A stretch of 64,000 bases of DNA from an uncultured Planctomycetaceae bacterium (GTDB taxonomy: Bacteria > Planctomycetota > Planctomycetia > Planctomycetales > Planctomycetaceae): contig CAWFGE010000012.1 of NCBI GenBank assembly GCA_963815195.1, positions 768,001 to 832,000 of the forward strand. Reading direction: 5' to 3'. The notes beneath the pieces are model-generated. The model was not told the origin of the DNA. It saw only the letters and a list, made by a program, of their open reading frames with translations, and did not search any database. The translations under genes and the position numbers were made by a program. Numbering within the stretch: the stretch's first letter is position 1; each line of letters starts with the position of its first letter. This document shows, piece by piece, positions 10,578 to 20,487 of the stretch.

Positions 10578-11852
10578 ATGTCCTCGATGAATTGTCCGCG
10601 TTTTGAGCATGTCAGCCGCCGGGCGTTGTTGAAAGGTTCCCTTGCGACAGCGGGCGGGGCGGCGGTGATGAACTGGGGCGAATTGTTCCAGTCCGACGCC
10701 AACGCCCAAGAAGTCAAAAAGAAAAAGAAGCACTGCATTTTGATCTGGCTCAACGGCGGGGCGAGCCAGTTCGAAACCTTCGACATGAAAATCGGCCGGC
10801 CCACCGGCGGCATGATGCGGGACATCGCCACCAACCTGCCCGGGACGCGGATCTGCGAGCTGATGCCCAACATCGCCCAGCGGATGGACAAGCTGACCGT
10901 CATCCGCTCGATGCACACCTCGCAAATCGACCACCCCGGCGGCATCTATCTCATGCACACAGGCTATGCCCAAACCGCCAATGTGCGGTTTCCCGAAATC
11001 GGGGCGATCGTCGCCAAGTATTGCGGCGACCTCCACTCCGACCTGCCGGACTTCGTGAAGGTCTCGTCCAACGGCAATGCCGGGGCGGGTTTTCTGGGGC
11101 CGCAGTATCAGCCGTTCAACCTGGACCGCGACGGCAACATGCCGACCTTTTCCACCTCGACGCTCGCCGCGGACATCGAAGCCCGCCGGCACAGCCTGCG
11201 CGACTTCATGGAAGAGCAATACGCCCAAACCCACGCCGCCGAGCCCGTCCGCATGCACCGCGAAGCCTACGGCCGGGCTCGCCGATTGAACAACGTCCGC
11301 AAGGTGTTCGAGTTCGACAAGGATTGGGAAAAGTCCCGCGAGCGCTACGGCGATACGAAGATCGGCCGGCGGATGATGATCGCCCGCAGCCTGGTCGAAG
11401 CGGGCGTGGCGTTCGTGGAAGTCGGACAAAGCGGCTACGACACCCACGCCGACAATTTTTCGGGCCACAAGTCGCTCGTCCCGCCGATGGAAAAAGCCTG
11501 GGCCGGGCTGTTGGACGATCTGGAAGAACGCGGGCTGTTGGACGATACGGTCGTGGTCTGGATGGGCGAGATCGGCCGCACTCCGCGGATCAACAACCGC
11601 AGCGGCCGGGACCATTACGTCCGCTCTTGGACCGCGGCCCTCGCGGGCGGCGGCGTCAAGCGCGGTTTGGTGTATGGCGCGTCCGACGAAGACGGCGTGG
11701 AGGTCAAAGACAACCCGGTCACGGAAGCCGACTTCTTCGCCACGGTGTACTCCGCCTTGGGCGTCAATCCCGCCACCGAAAACTACACCGGCGTCCGCCC
11801 CATCCCGCTGGCGCCCTTCGGGCACAAAGTTGTCAAAGATATTTTGGTTTAG
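10578..11852 (+). CDS. DUF1501 domain protein (Tat signal)
   Basis: SRRALLKG, CILIWLNGGASQFETFDMK, GYDTH, GEIGRTPRIN...GRDH. Confidence 0.93.
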   Translation: MSSMNCPRFEHVSRRALLKGSLATAGGAAVMNWGELFQSDANAQEVKKKKKHCILIWLNGGASQFETFDMKIGRPTGGMMRDIATNLPGTRICELMPNIAQRMDKLTVIRSMHTSQIDHPGGIYLMHTGYAQTANVRFPEIGAIVAKYCGDLHSDLPDFVKVSSNGNAGAGFLGPQYQPFNLDRDGNMPTFSTSTLAADIEARRHSLRDFMEEQYAQTHAAEPVRMHREAYGRARRLNNVRKVFEFDKDWEKSRERYGDTKIGRRMMIARSLVEAGVAFVEVGQSGYDTHADNFSGHKSLVPPMEKAWAGLLDDLEERGLLDDTVVVWMGEIGRTPRINNRSGRDHYVRSWTAALAGGGVKRGLVYGASDEDGVEVKDNPVTEADFFATVYSALGVNPATENYTGVRPIPLAPFGHKVVKDILV

Positions 11853-11853
11853 G

Positions 11854-12340
11854 AAATTCGAAATCCGAATCTCGAAATTCGAAACAAATTCGAATTGGAA
11901 ATGCTCCAATGAGCAAAACGCCTGGTCCCCAATACGATTTGGAGGAACGGACGTTTGAATTTGCAAAACAAGTACGATCATTTGTTAAAACTCTACCGCG
12001 AACGCTTTGCAATCAAGAGGACGTGAAACAAGTTGTCCGGTCATCGGGTTCTATCGGTGCAAATTACATTGAAGCCAATGAGGCGGTGAGCAAGAAAGAC
12101 TTTTTGCACCGAATCCGCATCTCACGCAAGGAGGCGAAAGAAACGCGTTATTGGTTGCGGCTGCTCGACACGCGGAACAATCAAGAGTTAAACAACGTCC
12201 GCGAACGAATGATTCAGGAAAGCACAGAACTCATGTTGATTTTTGGCGCAATCTTGAAAAAGTCGGAATGAAGTCGTTTTGAACATTCCCTTTTGGGATT
12301 TTGAATTTGTTTCGGATTTCGACATTCGGATTTCGGATTT
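11854..12340. mobile_element. Putative element: four-helix-bundle gene inside 38-bp heptamer-built inverted repeats
   Basis: 11854-11891 vs 12303-12340 match 35/38 as inverted repeats; AT-richer passenger gene inside a DUF1501-WD40 operon. Confidence 0.6.
11909..12271 (+). CDS. Four helix bundle protein (TIGR02436 / 23S rRNA IVS-like family)
   Basis: YDLEERTFEFA, QVVRSSGSIGANYIEA, SKKDF...ISRKEAKETRYWLRLL. Confidence 0.93.
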   Translation: MSKTPGPQYDLEERTFEFAKQVRSFVKTLPRTLCNQEDVKQVVRSSGSIGANYIEANEAVSKKDFLHRIRISRKEAKETRYWLRLLDTRNNQELNNVRERMIQESTELMLIFGAILKKSE

Positions 12341-12359
12341 TCTTCCCGAGGTTGGTGAA

Positions 12360-13562
12360 ATGCAAATTGATAAGCCGGTCGATCAGTGGCAGCTTCTGTT
12401 TGAGGAGAATTGGCCCACTTCGGTGGCGTTTCTCGACGACCACCGCGTCGCGGCGGGGAATCGGGCGGGGCAGATTCTGGTTTGGGACTTGACCCAGCCG
12501 GCCGAGGAACCGACGGAGGAGGACAAGAAGAAAGAGAAAACGCCGCCCAACATTTTACCGGTGCGCCAATTGGAGGGACACACGAATGGGATTACGCACT
12601 TGCTGTCTTCGCCGGACGGCAAAACGCTGGTCTCTTCCAGTTTGGATCACACGATTCGGTTGTGGAACGTGGACGCTCCCGCCGCGGGCAAGGCGGAAGT
12701 CGTGCTCGACGGCAAATCCCGCGAAGACCAGACGCGGTACAAATCCAAGGAGGAAAAGGCGAAGATCTTGAATGCCCCCGGCATTTCCGTGGAAACGGTT
12801 CCCGCCGAGGCGGTGCTGGAAGGGCATACGGAGTGGATTCAGGCGCTCGGCCAAAGTGCCGACGGCAGCCGGCTCATCAGCGGCGATGATGCCTGCCTCT
12901 CTATCGTCTGGGATGTGAAGACGAGAAAGCCGATTTCGCAATGGCACGGCTACGACCGCGTGTGGGTGGTCTCGGCGGCGCTTTCGCCGGACGGCAAGAC
13001 CGCCTTCACCGCCGAGTTCGCCGGTAGCCGCAGCAGCTTCGACCGCCCCGCGGCCCAGGCTCGGTTCTGGAACGCCGACGACGGCACGCTGAAACTCGAC
13101 CTCCTCAAAGTCTGGACGCCCAAGGTGAAAGACAAGGACCGCGACGATTCCTACGGCTACGCCCAAACCTGGGGCAAGCTGATGAAGCGCGGCCTCGTGT
13201 GCGCTGCGTTCTCGCCCGATGGAAAATGGCTCGCGGTCGGACAAGGCGGCGAAACCGACACCGGCAAAGTGCATCTGGTCGATGCCCTCTCCGGCAAAAT
13301 CACGCGGACGGTCTCCGGCCATCAATACGGAGCCTGCGACGTCAAATTCTCCGCCGACAGCAACTACGTGCTTTCGAGCGGTCGGGATACGGTAGTCCGC
13401 ATCTGCCAGGTGTCCGACGGCAAAGAAGTCGCAGCGCTCGGCAAGAGCCGGGGCGGGCAGTTCAAAGATTGGCTCTCCGCGGTCGCGGTCTCCCCCGATC
13501 AAACCCAAGTCGCCGCCGCCGACATCGCAGGCTACGTCCACGTCTGGCGCTTGAAGGGTTGA
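12360..13562 (+). CDS. WD40 repeat protein
   Basis: GHTNGITHL..SPDGKTLVSSSLDHTIRLWN and further GH...W(D) repeats. Confidence 0.92.
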   Translation: MQIDKPVDQWQLLFEENWPTSVAFLDDHRVAAGNRAGQILVWDLTQPAEEPTEEDKKKEKTPPNILPVRQLEGHTNGITHLLSSPDGKTLVSSSLDHTIRLWNVDAPAAGKAEVVLDGKSREDQTRYKSKEEKAKILNAPGISVETVPAEAVLEGHTEWIQALGQSADGSRLISGDDACLSIVWDVKTRKPISQWHGYDRVWVVSAALSPDGKTAFTAEFAGSRSSFDRPAAQARFWNADDGTLKLDLLKVWTPKVKDKDRDDSYGYAQTWGKLMKRGLVCAAFSPDGKWLAVGQGGETDTGKVHLVDALSGKITRTVSGHQYGACDVKFSADSNYVLSSGRDTVVRICQVSDGKEVAALGKSRGGQFKDWLSAVAVSPDQTQVAAADIAGYVHVWRLKG

Positions 13563-13597
13563 TGCGGGTCTGGAAATCGATCTTTATTCGCCAAGGG

Positions 13598-15325
13598 TGT
13601 CACCGGGCAGTGAAAACCGGCCACTTGTGGGCAGTTCAAAACCGGCCATTTTGAGAGGAAAGGGATTCGACATTTTGTTCTCCTTTGAGTTTTCTCAGAG
13701 GAAAACAAGCGATGTCGAATCAGACTCTCGATGGACACGGTTCAAGCCATTCACACTTTGCGCCTCAAGGCTGGTCTTTGCGCAAGATTGCCCGCGAATT
13801 GGGCATTCACCGTTCAACGGTGGCCGCCCATCTCGCTTCAAAACCGGCCAAAGTGCCCACCGGGTCCGAGGCCAAAGTGCCCACCGGGTCCGAGGGCCAA
13901 CTGCCCGCCGGGTCGGAGGACCTTCGTGAGGCCCTTGAAGACGATTCTGAGAAGGACGAGTCGGAACTTTCGCGGAGCCGCTGCGAGCCTTGGCGGGATG
14001 TCATTTTAGAAAAGCTCGGCCAGGGACTTTCCGCGCAGCGAATTTTCCAGGACCTGTCGAATGACCATGATTTTCCCCATGGCTACGACAGCGTGAAACG
14101 CTTCGTGCGGCAGTTGCGGTCTTCGAAGGAGTTGCCGTTTCGTCGATTGGAATGCGCAGCCCGGCGCGGAAGCTCAAGTGGACTTTGGCCAAGCCGCGGC
14201 CGTCGTGGATGAGAACGGCCGTCGTCGCCGGCCACACGTGTTGCGGGTCGTGCTGAGCCACAGCCGTAAAGGCTACACGGAAGCGATCGATCGCCAGACC
14301 ACCGACAACTTCATTCGGTGTCTGGAGAGTGCGTTCTGGCATTTTGGAGGTGTGCCCAAGACTCTGATCATCGATAACTTGCGCGCCGCCGTGAGCAAGG
14401 CGGATTGGTTCGACCCGGAACTGAACCCCAAGATTCAATCGTTCGCCGCGCACTACGGCACGGTGTTTTTGCCCACGCGGGTTCGCACGCCCCGACACAA
14501 AGGCAAGGTCGAACGCGGCGTGGACTACGCCCAAGAAAACGCACTCAAAGGGCGGACGTTCCGAAGCCTGCGCGAACAGAACGAACACTTGTGGGCCTGG
14601 GAATCCACCGTGGCCGATACGCGGATTCATGGAACGACCAGAGAGCAAGTGGGCAAGGCGTTTCGCGAACGGGAACGGTCAGCACTGTTTCCGTTGCCGT
14701 TGCCGTTGGAACGATTTCCGTTTTTCCATGAAGCCCTGCGGAGCGTGCATCGCGATGGGCACATTTCCGTGGACAAGGCGTATTACTCCGTGCCGCCGGA
14801 ATTTCTGGGAAGGAAAGTCTGGGTGCGCTGGGATGCGCGGCTGGTGCGCATCTTCAATGCCAAGCTGGAACAGATCGCCTTGCATGCCCGTCAAGAACCG
14901 GGAAAGTTCAGCACGCAGAACACCCATTTGCACGCGAGGAAAATCTCCGGCGTGGAACGCGGAGCCACCTGGTGGCTGGCGAAAGTCAGCGAAATCGGCC
15001 CGGAAACCAGGGATTGGTCCGCGGCCATGCTGGGAGCACGCGGCATTGAGGGCGTGCGGGTGTTGATGGGCCTCAAGCAACTGGCCGACAAGCATTCGCG
15101 CGAGGACATCGAACGCGCGTGCCGCACCGCCCACTCGTATGGAGCCTACCGACTGAGGACCGTTCGCAAGCTGATCGACCGCAACGCCCCCGTGCAAGCC
15201 CAGTTTGAGTTTTTAGACGAACACCCGGTCATTCGGCCGCTGGTGAGTTATTCCGAGTTTGTCAAAGCCGCTCTTCGAAAGGAGCAAAACCGATGAATGG
15301 AAATTTAATGCACGTTCTGCGGCAA
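13598..15325 (+). mobile_element. IS21-family element, truncated (left end, istA and first codons of istB)
   Basis: Starts TGT with repeated aaaaccggcca motifs (13598-13650); istA follows; no istB body or right end found. Confidence 0.8.
13712..15296 (+). CDS. istA: IS21 transposase IstA (frameshifts ~13720-13765 and ~14160)
   Basis: HTH GWSLRKIARELGIHRSTV; QVDFG, FGGVPKTLIIDNLRAAV, PRHKGKVERGV, RIHGTT, YSVP. Confidence 0.9.
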
Positions 15326-15879
15326 CGCGGTCTGGGTGGTCGGGTCTTCTTTATTACGGGGCCGAGTGGGGTCGGGAAAACGACCATCGCTCGCCTCATC
15401 GCCAAGGAACTGACGCTGCCTTACGCGATCTATGAAATGGACGCGCAACGGATGAGCCTGGCCGATGTCCGGGAGTTCGACAGGATGTGCCACTGTAAAC
15501 CGTTGGGCGGTTCCTACCATGTGTGGATCATCAATGAGGCCCACAACATGAGCAGCAAGGTCGTGTCCGAACTGCAAACGGTCCTGGAATCGCCTCACGT
15601 CCAACGCAACTCGACGTGGGCGTTCACGACGACCAGTCGCGGTGAGAAGCTGTTGTTCGACAGCAAGTTTGACGCGGTTCCGTTCCTCAGCCGGGCCATC
15701 AAAATCGAGCTGGACGGCGCGGCTCGGAGATTGACTTTGCCCTCAGGGCACGGGAGATCGCTCAAGCCGAGGGACTCGATGGCAAACCGCTCGACGATTA
15801 TCTCAAGCTGGTCCGCGACTGCTCGTGCAATCTCCGCTCTATATTGAACGCGATCGAGTCGGGCGAACTCTTGGAATAG
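15293..15879 (+). CDS. Clamp-loader (DnaX/RFC)-like AAA+ ATPase with IstB-like first residues; frameshift ~15720
   Basis: Walker A GPSGVGKTTIARLIA, Walker B-like VWIINEAH, FLSRA; shifted frame gives lid ...CNLRSILNAIESGELLE*. Confidence 0.7.
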
Positions 15880-15982
15880 CCGAACAGACTTCGCTCAGCC
15901 ATTCGTTACAAGCCGCCCTGCCGTGGATTTTCACGGGGCGGCTTCGCTCTTTGCACGCCATCAAAACCGACCGGAGCCGATC

Positions 15983-16990
15983 ATGCCTCGCACACCCAAA
16001 GCTTACGGCTACTGCCGACTTTCCAAGGACGAGATTACCGTCCGATGTTCCGCCTGCCATCAGGAATGGACGCTGCGCATCAAGAACAAGGAGCAAACCG
16101 AATTTGACTGCCCGTTCTGCAATCGCACGTACCGGGTCGAAAAGCGGGATCCGCTCTCGATTCAAAGCCAGTCCGACATCTGCCGGAGAATCGTCGAGCA
16201 GAAACTCCCGCCGGAGATCGCCCGCGGACTCGAAATCGTGGCGGACATCAACGTGAGCGGCAAAATGCCCGTCCGCAAGCGGCCGAACGGGGGCGAATTG
16301 ATGCAAAGGCTCCGCCCCGGCGATTATTTGATCCTGCCGCTCTTGGACCGCGGATTCCGCAATCTGGCGGACTGGTGTAATCAGGCCGAGTTTTTCCGGC
16401 GGCACAAGATCAACTTGATCATCGGCGATTTTCCGGATATCGACATCAACGACCCGATGGGCGAAATGTGGCTCAACCTGATGGCGATGTTCGCCCAGTG
16501 GTATCGCCAGCAGGTCAGCCGCCATACGAAGCGCGGACTCGCCAAGCTCAAGGCGTTGGGTTTGCCGAACTCCGGCAAGGTGCCCCGCGGATTCGCGCTA
16601 AAGTGCACGGCTTGCGAGCGGATTTACTCGCATGCTGAATCCGCGAAAGGCCAAGCTTGCCCCGGCTGCAAGATACCGAGGAAGAAGAACTCAATCTACG
16701 TGCCGCACGAAGGCGAGCAGAAGCTGATGTGGAAACTGCTCTGGCACCGCTCGGCCTTTTGCTGGAAACCCTGGAATGACATAGTGTCTGAACTGAAGTC
16801 AGCGGACATTCGCACGCGGACCGGAAAAGCAGTGAACCAGAATTGGCTGAGGTCCTATTGGCGGGACGCCGCGGAACTGTTGTACAATGAAAAGCTGTCG
16901 GTGAATTACCGTCCGGCATTCATGGAGAATCTTTCGATCCACAAGATTCCCAACCTGCCAAACCACATTGCAGAGAAACTGGAAGCCTAA
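15983..16990 (+). CDS. Serine recombinase with two CxxC...CxxC zinc-ribbon insertions
   Basis: AYGYCRLS, D.NVSG, LLDRGFRN, NLMAMFAQWYRQQVSRHTKRGL; CSAC/CPFC and CTAC/CPGC. Confidence 0.85.
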   Translation: MPRTPKAYGYCRLSKDEITVRCSACHQEWTLRIKNKEQTEFDCPFCNRTYRVEKRDPLSIQSQSDICRRIVEQKLPPEIARGLEIVADINVSGKMPVRKRPNGGELMQRLRPGDYLILPLLDRGFRNLADWCNQAEFFRRHKINLIIGDFPDIDINDPMGEMWLNLMAMFAQWYRQQVSRHTKRGLAKLKALGLPNSGKVPRGFALKCTACERIYSHAESAKGQACPGCKIPRKKNSIYVPHEGEQKLMWKLLWHRSAFCWKPWNDIVSELKSADIRTRTGKAVNQNWLRSYWRDAAELLYNEKLSVNYRPAFMENLSIHKIPNLPNHIAEKLEA

Positions 16991-17045
16991 AGCCGCGGGT
17001 TAAACGGCCGACGTGCAAACAGACTCGTCCGTTGCAGCCATTGGT

Positions 17046-17261
17046 ATGGATTCCCACTCATTTGGAGAACTCCCAGTGTTTGAGACTTTTTTTGGATTCA
17101 TTCGCGGACGTTTTGCAGACGCGATCTTGGGCGGTTTCCACAACGCCAGCGACGAATTGGCGGGCAAGTTGGAAGCCGAGGAACCTATCCGCATCGAAGC
17201 CGAGCCGACAACGAACGGCAGCACCAAACCAAAGGCACGCCGGAAAGCTGGCAGCCGATAA
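17046..17261 (+). CDS. Small hypothetical island protein
   Basis: ORF fills the gap between the two recombinases on the same strand; basic C-terminus. Confidence 0.5.
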   Translation: MDSHSFGELPVFETFFGFIRGRFADAILGGFHNASDELAGKLEAEEPIRIEAEPTTNGSTKPKARRKAGSR

Positions 17262-17291
17262 CCATCACCCACACAGGAGCATCATCGAAAA

Positions 17292-18907
17292 ATGGCAAGC
17301 GTATTTCGACGACGATACACGGCGAAGACTGGCAAAGAGAAGCTGGCGAAGAATTGGTACGTTGAATTCAACGACCACAACCACACCCGCCGACAACTGC
17401 CCGGATTCCCCGAGAAGAAACTCACCGAGGAACTAGGTCGGAAACTCGAGCGGTTGGCCCGCACCCGCCGACTCAACGAACCGCCCGATGCGGAATTGGC
17501 GGCTTGGTTGGAAGCGGCCGACTCGAAAACGAAAACCGCGCTCGCCAAGTGGGGAATGCTCGATTCCCGATCTGTAGCCGGGGCAAAGCCCCTCGCGGAA
17601 CACATCGGCGACTACCGGAAGCACCTGGAAGCGAAGAATAACACCCCCGACCACATCAACCCGACGATCAGCCGGATTGAAGCGATTGCCAACGGTTGTG
17701 GGTTTCTATTCATTTCCGACATTTCCGGTTCCACGGTGGCTACATGGCTCAAAGACCAACGCGAAGCCGATGCGTTTGGCATCTCCACAAGTAATGCCTA
17801 CTTGACGGCCCTGAAGGGCTTCTGCAATTGGCTGGTGAAAGATCGCCGGGCGAACGAAAACCCGGTGGTTCATCTCGCCCGACTGAACGCCGAGACGGAC
17901 ATCCGTCGGCAACGCCGTTCGCTCTCCCAAGAGGACTTCGGGCTGCTCATCGAAGCAACTCGCACCGGGGAGGAAGTGTGCGGACTCACCGGCCGGGAAC
18001 GGCAGATGCTTTACCAAGTGGCTGCTTACACCGGCCTGCGGGCTTCGGAACTCGCGAGCCTCACCGAAAGGTCGTTTGACCTGGAAGCCGAGCATCCCAC
18101 CGTCACCGTGGCGGCCGGCTATTCCAAGCACCGGCGGAAAGACACATTGCCCCTGAATGCCGATTTGGTTGTTTCGCTGCGGGAGTGGTTCGCTGAACTA
18201 CGGCAAGTGGCGCCCGAGACTTCGGGCATCATTCCCATCGGCAAGCCTTCCGTGGGCAAGTTGTGGCCCGGGAAATGGGCGAAGAATCGCCACGGGCCGA
18301 GATGCTCCGGCACGATCTGGCAAAAGCGCGGGCCGCCTGGCTCGCAGCCAAGGGCATCACCGAAGAGGAACACCGGCTGCGGGAGGAATCCGATCGGCTG
18401 CAATACCTGGACCATGACACGCGGCAATTCGACTTCCACGCCCTGCGGGGCCAATTTGTCACCGAGTTGGGCAGAGCCGGCGTCAATCTGCAAGATGCCC
18501 AAAAGCTGGCCCGGCATTCCGACCCTCGGCTGACCGCGAACCATTACACGCACCTATCGATTTCCGACCTGTCTCGATCTGTCGGGCAGCTGCCTGCTCT
18601 GCCGAAGCCGAAGGAAGCCGCCCAAGCGACCGGGACGGACGGCAAACCGGCCGATTCCTCAAAGAACTGTCGTGCGGACTGTCGTAAAACGGGTGCCGCA
18701 CATAGCCTCACAGTGCCGGAATCTGGCAATCCTGGCGATTTGGAGGACTCCGCCTCGGAAAAGCAAAAACCCCCAAAGCCCTGTAAAACAGGGGCTTCGG
18801 GGGAATACCGGAGGGGGGACTCGAACCCCCACGAGGTTTACCCTCACTGGATTTTGAATCCAGCGCGTCTGCCGATTCCGCCACTCCGGCTGGGAGGTTT
18901 AACGTAA
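17292..18907 (+). CDS. Phage-type tyrosine integrase (frameshift ~18295); tail reads through the tRNA on the antisense strand
   Basis: YTGLRASEL, DFHALR, LARHSD, TANHY catalytic R-H-R-H-Y; adjacent to the tRNA 3' end. Confidence 0.88.
18806..18890 (-). tRNA. tRNA-Leu (CAA), long variable arm, CCA not encoded
   Basis: GCCGGAGTGGCGGAATCGGCAGACGCGCTGGATTCAAAATCCAGTGAGGGTAAACCTCGTGGGGGTTCGAGTCCCCCCTCCGGTA folds as a cloverleaf. Confidence 0.97.
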
Positions 18908-19342
18908 CCGACGCTGCCGGTTTTCGCAAGATTGCTGTATGGCGTTTTTGCGATTCGATCGTCTGCGGCCCCAAAAACGGCCTCTCCGGACCTTCGAGGC
19001 GAAGGGCTCTTGTCGTCGCATCTCCGAAATGAGGTGCTTCGCCGATATGGGTGCCAAGGAAAGATGCGGCGTGGGTGGCTTGGCATTGGTCCGGGACGGG
19101 GCATCGTTGTGCGGCGATTGGGGAATGGACGGCCCGGACACTCTTGAGATGGGGGAGGTTGCGGAAAATGGGTGAGCCGTAAAGTGCTTGCGGGACTAAG
19201 ATTACGAGAATACTTCTTGTGATTTTCCAACTTGCGTTTATGATACGATGTATGGGGTTGCTCGGAGGAATTTTCCCAGATGCTGGGATGGGCCGTTTCG
19301 CATGTTTTGGGATTTTGACGCATCGAAGAACGCAAACATTTT

Positions 19343-20342
19343 ATGATTAACGTGGGGCTGATCGGGCTGGGACCGCATTGGGAGAAGCGCTATCGACCGG
19401 TGTTGGAGCGGTTTCGCGCGGATTCGCGTGTGCGCGGTTTATGACCCTGTGGCGAGCCGGGCGCAGATGGCGGCTCAGGAATTGGAAGCGCATCCGGTCA
19501 TGGGGATTTCGGCTCTTCTCGCCCGGCCGGAGGTGCGGGCGGTTTTGCTTTTGGAGAACTCCTGGCAGGGCCCCGAGCCGTTGCGGTTGCTGCTGGCTCA
19601 AAAGAAATCCGCCTACATTGCCGGGAGTTTGGGCGACGATGTGGAAGTCTTGGCCCGCCGGCATTTGGTGGGGTTGTCGGAAGGGCTGACGTTGATGCCC
19701 GAATTCAGCCGCCGGTACACGCCCGCGACGAGCCGATTGCAAGAATTGATGGCCACGCAAATCGGCCCGCCGCAGAGCATTCGCGTGAGAACGCCGCTGC
19801 CCCATCCGCAGGGCGTCATCGAGGTGCCGGGGCAAGCGTCGCCGAAGGATTTTTTGGTCGGCCTGATTGATTGGTGCCGGCACGTCGTGCGGATGCCTGC
19901 GGCGACGGTGGAAATGATCGTCCCGCCTCGGACGGGGGATGAGCAGGTCGAAAAGATCCTGCGGATCGAATTTCAGCGATCCCGCGCGGGGGGCGAACCG
20001 GCGACGGCCGAGTTGGTCCTGCTTCGCCAGGAGGACGTTCCCGCGGCAGGCCCCGTTTGCCCGCCGCGCCCGAGCTTTGAGATTCTCTGCGCCCGAGGGA
20101 CGGCGTCGTTCACCGATCCGTTGGAATTGAGTTGGACCAGCGGCGAGGGGGAACGCCGGGAATGCTTGACCTCGGAGCGAAGCGAAGTCGAGGTCATGCT
20201 GGATCATTTTTGCCGGCGGGTCGTGGGCGGGCTGATTCCCGTGGCGGATCTCGCCGACATCTGCGGCCATTTGCGGCTGCTCGAATCCGCGGAGCGCAGT
20301 ATCGCCGTCGGCCGGGCCGTGCGGCTCTCGCCTTACAATTAG
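19343..20342 (+). CDS. Gfo/Idh/MocA-like oxidoreductase (frameshift ~19420)
   Basis: MINVGLIGLGPHWEKRY Rossmann start joined to the ...CAVYDPV ORF. Confidence 0.75.
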
Positions 20343-20487
20343 CCGGCCTTCTCCAGGGGAGCGTCCTCTTGCGAAAACTCTTCTCTTCCGGCATGTCCCG
20401 GACGGTTTGGAAGCGGTTCTGGGCCGACGAAACCGCTTCCGCACACGGCCGCTGGGGATTGGCCGTGGCAGTGACTTGGATCGCGGC

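Noticed and set aside
11021..11908. N-terminal extension of the 416-aa ORF onto the four-helix-bundle protein
   Set aside because: Overlaps the DUF1501 gene in another frame and runs through the repeat arm; the real start is likely 11909
11909..12271. DGR Avd or rRNA intervening sequence
   Set aside because: No reverse transcriptase, TR/VR pair or rRNA in the window
13563..13597. Second att site or IS target duplication at the island's left edge
   Set aside because: No match to the tRNA-Leu 3' end and no IS right end to compare
15293..15879. istB
   Set aside because: Motifs after residue ~11 are clamp-loader-like, and the IstB N-terminal helical domain is missing
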